Below are positions 26,403 to 37,970 of a stretch of DNA of 64,000 nucleotides, in pieces. The translations under genes were made by a program, and so were the position numbers. Position 1 is the first letter of the stretch, and every line of letters begins with the position of its first letter. This DNA is from Octopus sinensis. Lineage: Eukaryota. Location of the stretch: assembly GCF_006345805.1 (NCBI RefSeq), contig NC_042997.1, forward strand, positions 90,148,001 through 90,212,000. Reading direction: 5' to 3'. Below the pieces are notes generated by a model. It was not told the DNA's origin and did no database searches. It was given only the letters and a program-made list of their open reading frames with translations.

Positions 26403-26785
26403 GTGTGTGTGCGTGTATGAGTCTTCGAAGACAGTTGCTCCCATAGGTACCAAAATAAAATTTGAGATTTATGGAGGGTCAAAATTGGGAACAAAAACAG
26501 GACAGTGGAGACATACAGAGAAACCAAACGAAAACAAACATGGAGTGTCGTTAAACTAGAACGAGGGTTTTCTCCAGCGTTCGCTATTTTACCTGCTTGA
26601 AATGGGGATGAGATAGTCAGCCGACAACTGATGAAGGGTCGTTTTTTTGTGTTACTTGTCCTATTTTTCATTTGCTTCTCTCGTTGTTTGCATATTAAAC
26701 TCATTTGTTTTCGTATTTCATGTTGTTTACTGTTGGTGACGTCCTGTACCCATATATGCATATACATACATACATACATACATGC

Positions 26786-26824
<39 letters not shown>

Positions 26825-26855
26825 ATCTATCTATCTATATATATATATATAATAT

Positions 26856-26922
<67 letters not shown>

Positions 26923-27924
26923 CAAAATGGGACAAGAACGCAAAACATTCAAATAGATGATACAAAAAACGGACGGGTCATTCAAAGCCTCTAATTTTCA
27001 GTCAAGAACCGGATCATCCTCGCAATTTCGGCTGATTAATCTTGAGATTGCTCCGATCTGGCCAGCCTCAATGAAAAACTAAGCTACGAGCATTAGAAAT
27101 CTTGGAAAAAGGATCGAATGTATACGAAACAAGGACAGAAAAACGAATATAAATACAAAAAACAATAATAATAATATAATAATAATAATAATAACAGGAC
27201 AAAACAACAGGCATCTTTCGACTTTAGACAGTTGATCTTAGCTGGCGTATTTGAAAAATAATGCCTTACGGCAGACGAAGAATGCGATGTTGTCGTGGCG
27301 CTAATCAGAAGCGGAAAGGCTATAGCCAGCGGTCACGTGAGAAGAGAAAAGAGAGAAAAAAAGGGGCAAAGGAATTAAAGAGAGGGAGAAGAGAGAGAAA
27401 AAGAGGAACATATATATATGTATGTATGTATATGTATATATGCATATATGTATATTATTTATATTATTTGATTGAACATCACGCATCCATGCCCGAAACA
27501 GCAAGGACTTCTGGTAAATTGACTGAGGAAAGAAGGCCACGAATGACCCGTCTTTCTTTGTCTGTCCTTCTAATTGTTGTTTCGCCTGTCCGACTTTGTA
27601 TCGTCTATATGTCCGAATGTTTTATTGTCCTCTATTGCGTTTTTGTTCCATTATATATATATACATACATATATATATAGGAGCTTTTAGTGGGATGGGC
27701 TACCCGACCCGAAGAAAAATCTAAGTAGGCCCCACCTGCAAGGTCATACGCTGTTTATCTTGATATGAGATCATCATATCGCGCACATATGGTTGTGATG
27801 CATGTGCTTGGTGTACCCTTATCAGACGGGTAGTCATGACGGATATATTGAACTTTGTATATTTGTACCTTAATGTCACTTTCATGGTATGCGTTGCTCT
27901 CTCACTCAATAATAATAATAATGT

Positions 27925-28360
27925 GAAATGACTGATCCACTGGGAGCTCTGTGGAAATCACGGCCTAAAGTGAGCAAAGACGTGGTATGAGAAAACCCCA
28001 AAAGGAGTCACCGAGAATGAGAGTTGCAAAATCTTGTGGGATGCAATGATTCAGTGCGATCACCTGAGCAGACATCGGAAAACGGACATTGTTGTGGTGA
28101 ATTAAAAAGAAAGAATATGCATGATAATCGACCTTGCATGTCCCGGTGATAACAGGATCAAAGAGAAAGGAGAAAAAATAAACAACTATGACGATTTGAA
28201 GTGAGAAATACGAAGGTTATGGTCAAAGAGGAGAGTAGACGTGATACCAATAGTAATTGGTGCACTTAGAAGTATTAGCACCCAACTACCAGCATGGCTC
28301 AAAAAGATTGATACAAGCGCGAAGGTAGAACACCTACAAAAATCAGCATTGCTTGGAACC
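27925..28360 (+). mobile_element. R4/Dong LINE 3' fragment (REL endonuclease), preceded by (AAT)n
   Basis: WYEKTPKGVTENESCKILWD...DIVVV...IIDLACPGD...IPIVIGAL...LQKSALLGT. Confidence 0.8.
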
Positions 28361-30492
28361 AAAGCCATTCCCATAAGAAGAGAAATATTCCAGGGAGATA
28401 CACTCTCTCCACTCTTTTTCCTCTTGGTACTGACACCTGGAAACATTACTACAGACAGTAAATGTATTTACCAAAGAAATAAATAGGAAATTTGGCTTAG
28501 AAAAATGTGCCAAAGCAAACCTGAAAAGATGAAAACTAGTTAAGAGTAGCAGCATCACACTAGATAAAGCAAATGAAATAAGAGAATTCGACCAAAGCCA
28601 GACATACAAATACTTAGGAGTCAATGAACAAGATATAATACGACACACACAAATGAAGGAGAAAATAAATCTTTAACTGGACACTAAACAAACTAATCAA
28701 AATAGACAGGAAAACAAGTAAAATAATGACAGGATTTAGGATGCACCACCCAAAATCTGACATAGAAAGGTTTCATATACAACGTACAGAAGGTGGTAGA
28801 GGCCCTATACAGCTAGAAAACTATTACAAGATAACCACCAAAGGATTACAAAAACACCTACTTCAGAACCAAGGAAAACTAATACAAATAGACACGAAAC
28901 ACAAACAAAACAAAAAACTGTTTTCAGTTTTTAAGGAAGCTGACAAATACAAACAAGAAGTCATACTACCTAACAATTATGAAGTTAAAAAAAGCAACAA
29001 AAGCTGTAAAACAAATGAAATCCAAACTAAAACTAGAACAGCAACGGATCATGATAAAACGATGGCAAGAAACGGATCATGATAAAACGATGGCAAGAAA
29101 AGGGCGAATATATCAGGCCGTCGTTCGTACAGTACTTCTCTATGGCTGTGAAACGTGGCCTATGCGGGTGGTCGATCAACGAAGGCTGGAAGTCTTCGAC
29201 AATGACTGCCTCCGGTGCATTCTTCACTGCCGTCGGGTGGATCGAGTTCCCATCGCCAATCTCCGACTTCGCCTGTCTCTGCGGCCTTTTCCATCTATCC
29301 TTCTGCAACGGCGCTTGCGGTGGTTTGGCCATGCATGTAGGCGTCCGGTGGGTGAACTGAGCCGTGATGTCCTTCTCCCAACTCCACTTCCCGACTGGCG
29401 GAAACGCGCGAGCGGGCAGCTGAAGACCTGGGTTACGACGATCAAGGAGGACCTCTCCGTGCTCACGGGATCGCAGGTGGTCGGCCTGCGCCGATGGAAC
29501 TGTGACTGGCTCGCTATCTCCAGTGAACTGGCGCAGGACCGTCGTGCATGGGCTGCCATGGTTCGAGATGCCTCGAGGGTGGTAGAAGAAGTCGACTCAA
29601 CCCACCTAGAGTAAATGTCGCCACAAGTACAAGTACAAGAAAAGCCCCTTCATGGAAAATACTGAGTTAAACTAAACGCAAAAGAAATAGACAAAGCAAA
29701 ATACCAACAATAGCTGAGAAGCTCAAGGCTCAAAGTAGAGACTGAAGGATTTTTAATTGCACAAGACCAATGCCTCCCCACCAGAAATTACCAAAAGCAT
29801 ATAATGAAAAGAAACATAACAAGTAACTGCAGAATATGTGGAGATGAACAAGAAACAATAAATCATATTATCTCTGGCTGCCCAGTCCTGGCTAAGAAGG
29901 AATATATTCACAGACACGACAGAGTTGGTACCTACATACACTGGAAGCTATGCCAACACTATGGAATAACAACAGAAAAAAGATGGTATAGGCACACGCC
30001 AGAACAGGTCACAGAAAACGAGAAAGCAACAATACTATGGGATATGCCAATACACATAGATAGAGAAATTAAGGCCAATAGGACAGATATAGTTGTCAGA
30101 GATCATGAAGATAAAAAAAATGCTTTCTAATTGATGTATCAATTCCAGCAGATGACAACGTTTCTCTAAAAGAAATGGAGAAACTTTCAAAATACAAAGA
30201 CCTGAAAATAGAGGTAACTCGAATGTGGAGCCTAAAAACAAACAATTCCTATCATAGTACGCGCGTTAGGTAAGACAAAAAAAAATTCAGTCAAATACAT
30301 AACAAAAACACCAGGACTAACAAGTATATATAACATACGGAAAATAGCACTAGTAGGGCACCGCACACATCCTACGTAAAACACTTTCAATACAGTAATA
30401 ATAAGAGCACCACAACAAACCACAGCACTTACCAAAGGCACACAGAGCTGCGTTTGGTAGTGCAGTGAAAGCACGTTATAAAAGTAAGACTA

Positions 30493-30495
<3 letters not shown>
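28361..30495 (+). mobile_element. R4/Dong LINE, decayed RT to REL end, 3' UTR and (TAA)n tail; interrupted by an RTE insertion
   Basis: IFQGDTLSPL, MHHPKSDIERFHIQRTEGGRG, CRICGDEQETINHIISGCPVLAKKEYIHRHD, RTDIVV..LIDVSIPADD; the YxDD region is deleted; stops and frameshifts. Confidence 0.9.
29103..29635 (+). mobile_element. 5'-truncated RTE LINE nested in the R4/Dong element
   Basis: IYQAVVRTVLLYGCETW...LQRRLRWFGH...DRRAWAAMVRD; (CAAGTA)n tail; TSD caagaaaag at 29094-29102 and 29636-29644. Confidence 0.92.
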
Positions 30496-30547
<52 letters not shown>

Positions 30548-30581
30548 TAATAATAATAATAATAAATAAATAAATAAATAA

Positions 30582-30640
<59 letters not shown>

Positions 30641-30649
30641 AAATAAAAA

Positions 30650-30932
30650 ATACCAAGTAACTGCAGAATATGTGGAGATAGACAAGAAACAATAAATTAT
30701 GTTAGCATTGGCTGCCCAGTCCTGGCTAAAAAGGAATATATTCACAATAAAATGGAGAAACTTTCAAAATACAAACATCTGGAAATAGAGGTAAGTCGAA
30801 TGTGGAATCTAAAAACAGAAACAATTCCTATCATTCTGGGCGCATTAGGTATGATAAAAATTATTCAGACAAATACATAACAAAAACACCAGGACTTACA
30901 AATATATACAACATGCAGAAATTTGCCCTACT
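30650..30932 (+). mobile_element. Internally deleted R4/Dong 3' fragment ending in (TAA)n
   Basis: Near-copy of segments 29820-29910 and 30175-30350, fused together. Confidence 0.8.
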
Positions 30933-30943
30933 GAATAATAATA

Positions 30944-31005
<62 letters not shown>

Positions 31006-31089
31006 TGTATGTATGTATGTAGGTGTTACTATGTGGGGTAAGGTGGTTGTTTGCATTGGGTGTGCTGCCACACTGACCATGCTATGACT

Positions 31090-31330
31090 AACATTAGTAT
31101 TACTCAAATTAGGCATATAAATTGCGTAGTTCTATGCAAAATGCGGGGTCCAAAATGTAAATATACAGAGGTTGAACCAAATTTACTTGAAGAAGGGCTC
31201 AAAATTCTTCAATTAAACATTCAAAACACGTATAAGTCAATTCCTCAAATTATTAAAGCTATGATTGATGCCAGAGGTTGACAAACTCCGTATTACGTAA
31301 TGAAACTTTCAATTAACAATGTCTTTTCAT
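31090..31330 (+). mobile_element. Tc1-like transposase C-terminal relic
   Basis: LLEEGLKILQLNIQNTYKSIPQIIKAMIDARG resembles the Tc1 C-terminus. Confidence 0.55.
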
Positions 31331-31759
31331 TATTTTTGTTCAACTCTAAGCCAGTGAGCTAGCAGAATCGTTAGCACACCGGGCAAAATACTTAACGGCA
31401 TTTCGTCCCTCTCTGCTTTGAGTTCAAATGGTATCGAAGTCGACTTTACCTTTTATCCTTACGTGGTCTATAAAATAAGTACCAGTTACGGGGTCTGTAA
31501 TATAAGTACCAGTACTGGGGGTCGATTTAATTGATTTGGCTCCTTCCTCAAAACTATTGAATTTGTGCCAAAATTTGGAACTACTATTTTATCCAACTCT
31601 TGCCTATTCACTCAGTGAAAACACCATTTTAAAAATTTTAACTATTTATTCTACTGCTAATTTGACAAATTCAAAGTACTTCTAGTTTGCATATGTGTTC
31701 ATATGCAATATGTATACCTTGTACTTCAATGATTGAGCCATCTGATTTTCCTTTTTCTA

Positions 31760-32665
31760 TGTTTAAATGTTACAATGCGCAACCTATCTGATTTCCAAAG
31801 AAGACAAATTGTTAGAAAGCAGATGGCTGGAGCTTCTATCACGAAAACAGCTGAAAATGTTTAATGTTTCAAGAGGTGTAGTCTCTAAAATCATGTTGGC
31901 CTTCCAAAACCAAGATGAAACAAGCTCTGGCAAGCATTATTCTGGATAGAAAGCAAAGCTTACAAAGAGGTGCTGCAGAATAATGAAATGTATCGTTTAA
32001 AAAACCTCCGAACCACAGCAGCGAAAGTGACAGTAGAGTTAAACTATGACCTTGCCTATTCTGTGTTAACAAAAACTGTTTGTTGTGAGTTACATAAGGC
32101 TGGATGTCATGAAAGGGTTGAAACGGCTAAGCCTCTCCTGTACCCCTATCAGCATTGATAAGTGAAAAAAATTAAGTCTAGATTATCAGAGGTGGTGAAT
32201 AGCTCAATGGAACAATATCATCTCTAATGAATGGTCATTCACAATTTTCGAAGCATCTGGGCGAGTTTATACGTAGAGACAGCCAAATGAAGTCTTCAAA
32301 CCTGATTGCTTGGCCCCCAACAGTGAAGCCGAGTGTCGCGGTTAAAGATCAGGAAGAGGAACACAAAAGTGCGGTAGTCCAATTGGGTTGACCCCACCGC
32401 CCCCAATAACTTGATCTCAGTATATTCGAAAATGTATGGTATCTTTTGTAACAGTAAGGAACCGCTTCCTTCCACCAACATCACTGAAAGATATAAAGCA
32501 GGTTTTACTTGAAGAGTGGCTGAAAATTTCACTAACACCCATTCAGAACATGTACGAGTCAATTTCTCCATCTATTAAAGCTTTGATTGACGCCCAAAGT
32601 AGACAAACCATATTAAATAATAATAAAGCTTCCATTTAACAAGGTATTTCCAATATTTTGTCCAG
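31760..32665 (+). pseudogene. Decayed Tc1-like transposon
   Basis: MRNLSDFQRRQIV...GASITKTAE-MFNVSRGVVSKIM (HTH), RTTAAKVTVELN, PPTSLKDIKQVLLEEWLKI...IKALIDA; multiple frameshifts. Confidence 0.8.
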
Positions 32666-33062
32666 TTCCTATGAATGTGCATATGCGCGCGCGCGCACAC
32701 ACACACATACACGCATGCATAATATATATGTGTGTGTGTGTGTGGGTGTGTGGGTATATATATATGTATGTAAGTGTGTATATATATATATATGCATATA
32801 TACATGTGTGTGTAATTTTATATATATGTAGGTATATATATATAATATATAAACAGGCGACACATAGCATCTCTCTCTCCCTCTCTCTCTCTATCTATCT
32901 ATATATATATATGTGTGTGTGTGTGTACATGTGTATATGTGTATATTCATGTACATATACATATACACATGTATACATGTGTACATATATGTACGCATGC
33001 ATAAATACATACATACATATACATATGTGTGAGTGTGTGTGTGTGCGTGAGTGTGTGTGTGT

Positions 33063-33114
<52 letters not shown>

Positions 33115-33958
33115 TATAAAAGGAAGTTTACGGCGATTGTAACGGGAAATGCGCTGTTCACACATTCCCAGTATTCAGCGATTCAGTAAAACCATAAATA
33201 TGCTTAAATAACTTTAGTGCTAGGCCTCTGTATGACAATGCTCTGTCATTTCAGTTAGATTTACTCCTGTTTTTCTGTTTCCATCCTTATGAACACTGGT
33301 TTTAAGTATATAACGCTGCTTTCTCGTCCATAAAAGTTAATATATGACCATCATATTTAACATAATCTATGACAATCATATTTTGCAACTTCTATCTCAC
33401 ATCAAGCAATTTATCGCTACTTGTATGGAGCATAAATGCATGAATGCCTGTATACGAACAAATTATGAGTGCTGGTATATGTATTAAAACTGTTTCTGCA
33501 TGCATACGTGTCTAAGACTATGCAGTCACATGTTATTTTCTGTGACTAAACATGATATGGAACATACGATCAAAGAACTACGTTGATATGTCTTGCATCC
33601 TTTCCGGGTCGATAAAATAATTACCACTTGAGCGCTGGGGGTCGATGTAGTCGACTTGCTCCCCTCTCTCGAACTTGGTGGCCTTGTGCCAATATTTGAA
33701 ACCAATATCATTATCTTTGTCTATTATGTTTTACTCGTTTAAGGCATTCGACTGCAGCCATGGTGGGGCAGCGTATTGAAAAGGGGTTTGTCGAACAAAT
33801 CGACACCGGTGCTTATTTTTAGGTTTGGTATTTACTTTATAGATCACTAGTGCCGAACTGGTATATGATGGGAACGTAAAGAAACCAACATCGGTTGTCA
33901 AGTGGTGGTAGGAGACAAATAGACAAATACAACACAAACACAAAGAGATAAAAACACA

Positions 33959-34027
<69 letters not shown>

Positions 34028-34028
<1 letters not shown>

Positions 34029-35009
34029 TTTATTTTAAGCAGCAGAAAATTCAACAAAATCTGTTACTCTGAGTTTCTCGTTGCCGTTCATCAGACAGTT
34101 TTTGCTAGAATGGAACCGATATATCAATTCAATCTAGACTCTTACAAACGCTACACCTTTAAAAATAATGGACTTGTTTGATTGGCCCTTTAGAAAAAAA
34201 CGGTCAATCTTCGAGCGATAAACAAAAAGGTCAAAAATATATGTATATATATATAAAATCTTATAAAAATTTATAAAAATTATAAAATTCGAGGAAAAAA
34301 CCTTACATTGAATAAAATACATATTGACGTTAATGAAGAAAGTATAATTAAAGCATAGAAATTAAAACCTATTATAAATATTACACTGCAATACATATTT
34401 ATATTAAAGTGTACATAAATATATCAACATACACAGAAGGATGCGTGCAAACGCCATACATATACAGACGTATACATATAAATCTAAAATATACACATAA
34501 ATGCATGCGTACATATATGCACGCAATCCATCTCGCACGCAAGTTAAAATCATCTATGTAGCGATTCTCATATACTGAGTAAGGGGGACGTAGAGTTGCA
34601 TCAGTATCAGTTAGAGAAAAAAACGAAAGAAAGGAAGAGAGAGAAAAAGGAACGAAGAAGGGGGAAGGAGAAAAAAAGAAAAAGGAGGGGTGGGGAAAAA
34701 ACGAAATAAGAAAAAAGAAAAAATTATGTATACAAGCTGTGTAACGGCATTATTGACATATATGGAGACAAGTATACAAATACACAAGTTCGAATGGATA
34801 CATACACATACAGTCGTGTATATGTGTGCTTAAGCACAAACATATGCTCACTTACACATACACAGATACGCATGCTTACAAATACATATCCATGGCTATA
34901 CACATACTTATATCAAAATACACATACTTATATCAAAATTCTAATTTTTGACAACATTGCTTTTTTTAAAAAAAATGAGTGCTATAATAAAAAATATATA
35001 CGAAAGACA
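34028..35009. repeat. Left arm of ~982-bp inverted repeat (3' UTR / pseudo-LTR)
   Basis: Reverse complement of 36497-37478 with a few substitutions. Confidence 0.95.
34055..34104 (-). ncRNA. Minimal type I hammerhead ribozyme (sense to the PLE ORF)
   Basis: caaaaactgt-CTGATGA-a-cg(gcaa)cg-a-GAA-actcagagt-A-acagattttg; 9/10-bp stem I, GUA site. Confidence 0.75.
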
Positions 35010-35252
35010 TATAAAATAAAATATAACACCCTATTTTGGATCATCTATAAATAATCAAGGTAATCCTATACAATATAATAACATGAAATAAACAAAGTCG
35101 AAGGTTTTTCCTAATGTATATGTAGAAATATAAGACTTTGCTATACGGATTAAAATCTGCATAGCGTGAAAACAAAATCCATTGTAGCGTTTACATACTA
35201 GTTCAAGAGTCAAAATCAAAATTTCAAAAATCAAAAATACAAAATATATACT

Positions 35253-36496
35253 CTATCCATATGGTATATTTATATTCGACATTTTAAATTTAGCCGCGTG
35301 CCTACATAAGTTCATTAGCTCACTTCTTTGATTCAAAGAATTATTGTCTTTGAATAAAATGTACATTTTTTCTAATAGGCAAAGTTTCCACTTAAAATTA
35401 TTTTTGTATGCTCCATGCCTGTATGGTGCCGCTCTGTCCAGAATGCTCCATGTTACGTTGAAAGGTGGGGTTTCCTTTTCTTTTAGTTCCCAGACATATT
35501 TTGCTAGGCTGGTCCTCTTCCTATTCTCTGGGTATTTAAATGAATTTTAATGAGAATAAAATCGTGTTTTAAATGGATTTTCTGAAGCCCCTGTGTATGT
35601 CTTGTATTCCGATGAGCCTTCTACTTGCACCTTGGCTCTATAAACTACTCCTTTCACTAGACATTTCCCTTCTAACGGACAGGAGCTTTCGTTTTTGAAA
35701 TTGCATTTCTTAATGGGCTCGGCACCATGTCTAATCTCAATTAGCTTCCTATTATGCTGGCTAATGTAAGAGGCGAAATTTCTGCAACAAGAATAGCTAA
35801 CCTTTAGGGTTCTTCTATTAAATATCCTATAGAATTTATGACCCTGCTTAAAATGCTTAGAGACTGATCTCAAAAATTCCTTACCTATATTAGTCTTTAC
35901 GGCCAAATTGAAAGCCGGGTTGAACCACAAAACTTTCCTGGTCCTAGTTCTTCGTGCAGCATTATTACCAGCATTAAGCTGGTTGTACTGGATCTTCTCA
36001 GAGAATCCACTATTCTTTAATGCGCTATCGTAATAAGGTGCAGCATTATGGAATGCTACCTCGTCCGAAGAAATTGAAGATATTCTTCTACCTACATTGC
36101 TGACTAAGTTCCTAAGGATAACTGGTGGATGGTTCGAATCTTTGCTAATATACGATAGCTTTTCATTGAGCTTACGGAAAGGTTTTAATCTATCCGACCT
36201 TACATTAAAATTTACGTCTAAAAAATCTACACTATTCAGGTTAGCATCTATTGTAACCCGTAAGCCCATCCTTTGAAAGAAAGCAATGAGGTCCTTCCTA
36301 AGTCTATCTGATTCATGGCCGTTTAGATTATGCGTGGCTATAGGGCCGTCATCCCTATATAAACCTGCATCTATAAATGGGAATTCTATTTTTAGATTAT
36401 GGAGAATAAAGGCTCCTATGAGCATACATAACTCAGCCCCGTCGTATGCCCCCATCGGTACATCGAAAAGAGAATAATCAGTCTTCTTAATCCAGG
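35253..36496 (-). pseudogene. PLE reverse transcriptase / GIY-YIG endonuclease, C-terminal ~410 codons, one in-frame TAA at 35547-35549
   Basis: WIKK..FDVPMGAYDGAELC, GLYRDDG, VDFLDV, KVSYSC, CPLEGKC..GVVYRA...YTGASENPFKTRFYSH*NSF...TSLAKYVWELK...LCLLEK...LNQRSELMNLCRH. Confidence 0.92.
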
Positions 36497-37478
36497 TGTC
36501 TTTCGTATATATTTTTTATTATAGCACTCATTTTTTTTAAAAAAAAGCAATGTTGTCAAAAATTAGAATTTTGATATAAGTATGTGTATTTTGATATAAG
36601 TATGTGTATAGCCATGGATATGTATTTGTAAGCATGCGTATCTGTGTATGTGTAAGTGAGCGTATGTTTGTGCTTAAGCACACATATACACGACTGTATG
36701 TGTATGTATCCATTCGAACTTGTGTATTTGTATACTTGTCTCCATATATGTCAATAATGCCGTTACACAGCTTGTATACATATTTTTTTCTTTTTTCTTA
36801 TTTCGTTTTTTCCCCACCCCTTCTTTTTCTTTTTTTCTCCTTCCCCCTTCTTCGTTCCTTTTTCTCTCTCTTCCTTTCTTTCGTTTTTTTCTCTAACTGA
36901 TACTGATGCAACTCTACGTCCCCCTTACTCAGTATATGAGAATCGCTACATAGATGATTTTAACTTGCGTGCGAGATGGATTGCGTGCATATATGTACGC
37001 ATGCATTTATGTGTATATTTTAGATTTATATGTATACGTCTGTATATGTATGGCGTTTGCACGCATCCTTCTGTGTATGTTGATATATATATGTACACTT
37101 TAATATAAATATGTATTGTAGTGTAATATTTATAATAGGTTTTAATTTCTATGCTTTAATTATACTTTCTTCATTAACGTCAATATGTATTTTATTCAAT
37201 GTAAGGTTTTTCCTCGAATTTTATAATTTTTATAAATTTTTATAAGTTTTTATATATATATACATATATTTTTGACCTTTTTGTTTATCGCTCGAAGATT
37301 GACCGTTTTTTTCTAAAGGGCCAATCAAACAAGTCCATTTTTTTTAAAGGTGTAGCGTTTGTAAGAGTCTAGATTGAATTGATATATCGGTTCCATTCTA
37401 GCAAAAACTGTCTGATGAACGGCAACGAGAAACTCAGAGTAACAGATTTTGTTGAATTTTCTGCTGCTTAAAATAAAG
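36497..37478. repeat. Right arm of the inverted repeat (inverted pseudo-LTR at the 5' truncation point)
   Basis: Begins exactly where the RT frame is truncated. Confidence 0.95.
37402..37451 (+). ncRNA. Minimal type I hammerhead ribozyme (second copy)
   Basis: Same sequence as 34055-34104 in the opposite orientation; predicted cleavage after A37441. Confidence 0.75.
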
Positions 37479-37559
37479 CATATTACTCTACCACTGGTAT
37501 TTGAGTACTCTTTTTTCCACCTTGTTTCACATTTATGTGTTTACTCCGGTATATATATA

Positions 37560-37592
<33 letters not shown>

Positions 37593-37593
37593 G

Positions 37594-37970
37594 TGTGTCT
37601 TCTACTATGACCCTAGGCTGTGTCTTCTTCTATGACTCTGGGCTGGAAAAGCCTTGTGAATGGATTTAGTTGGTAGAAACTGAAAGAAGACCGGCGTATA
37701 TGTATTTGTGTGTGTGTGTGTGTGGGGGGGGTCTGTATATGTATGTGTGTGTATATATATATATATTATATATATATATATATATATAATATATATATAT
37801 GTATATATATATGTATATTTATACACACATACACAGACCCCCCCCACACACACACACAAATACATATACGCCGGTCTTCTTTCAGTTTCTACTAACTAAT
37901 CCATCCACAAGGCTTTTCCAGCCCAGAGTCATAGAAGAAGACACAGCCTAGGGTCATAGTAGAAGACACA
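37594..37970. repeat. Fold-back inverted duplication of a SINE segment centred on (TA)n
   Basis: tgtgtcttctactatgaccctaggc...gaccggcgtatatg is mirrored by ...gcctagggtcatagtagaagacaca. Confidence 0.9.

Larger units (their letters stand above)
34028..37550 (-). mobile_element. Penelope-like element (Naiad-type), 5'-truncated, with an inverted pseudo-LTR
   Basis: RT plus GIY-YIG ORF between two 982-bp inverted arms; (TA)n on both sides; a hammerhead in each arm. Confidence 0.9.
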
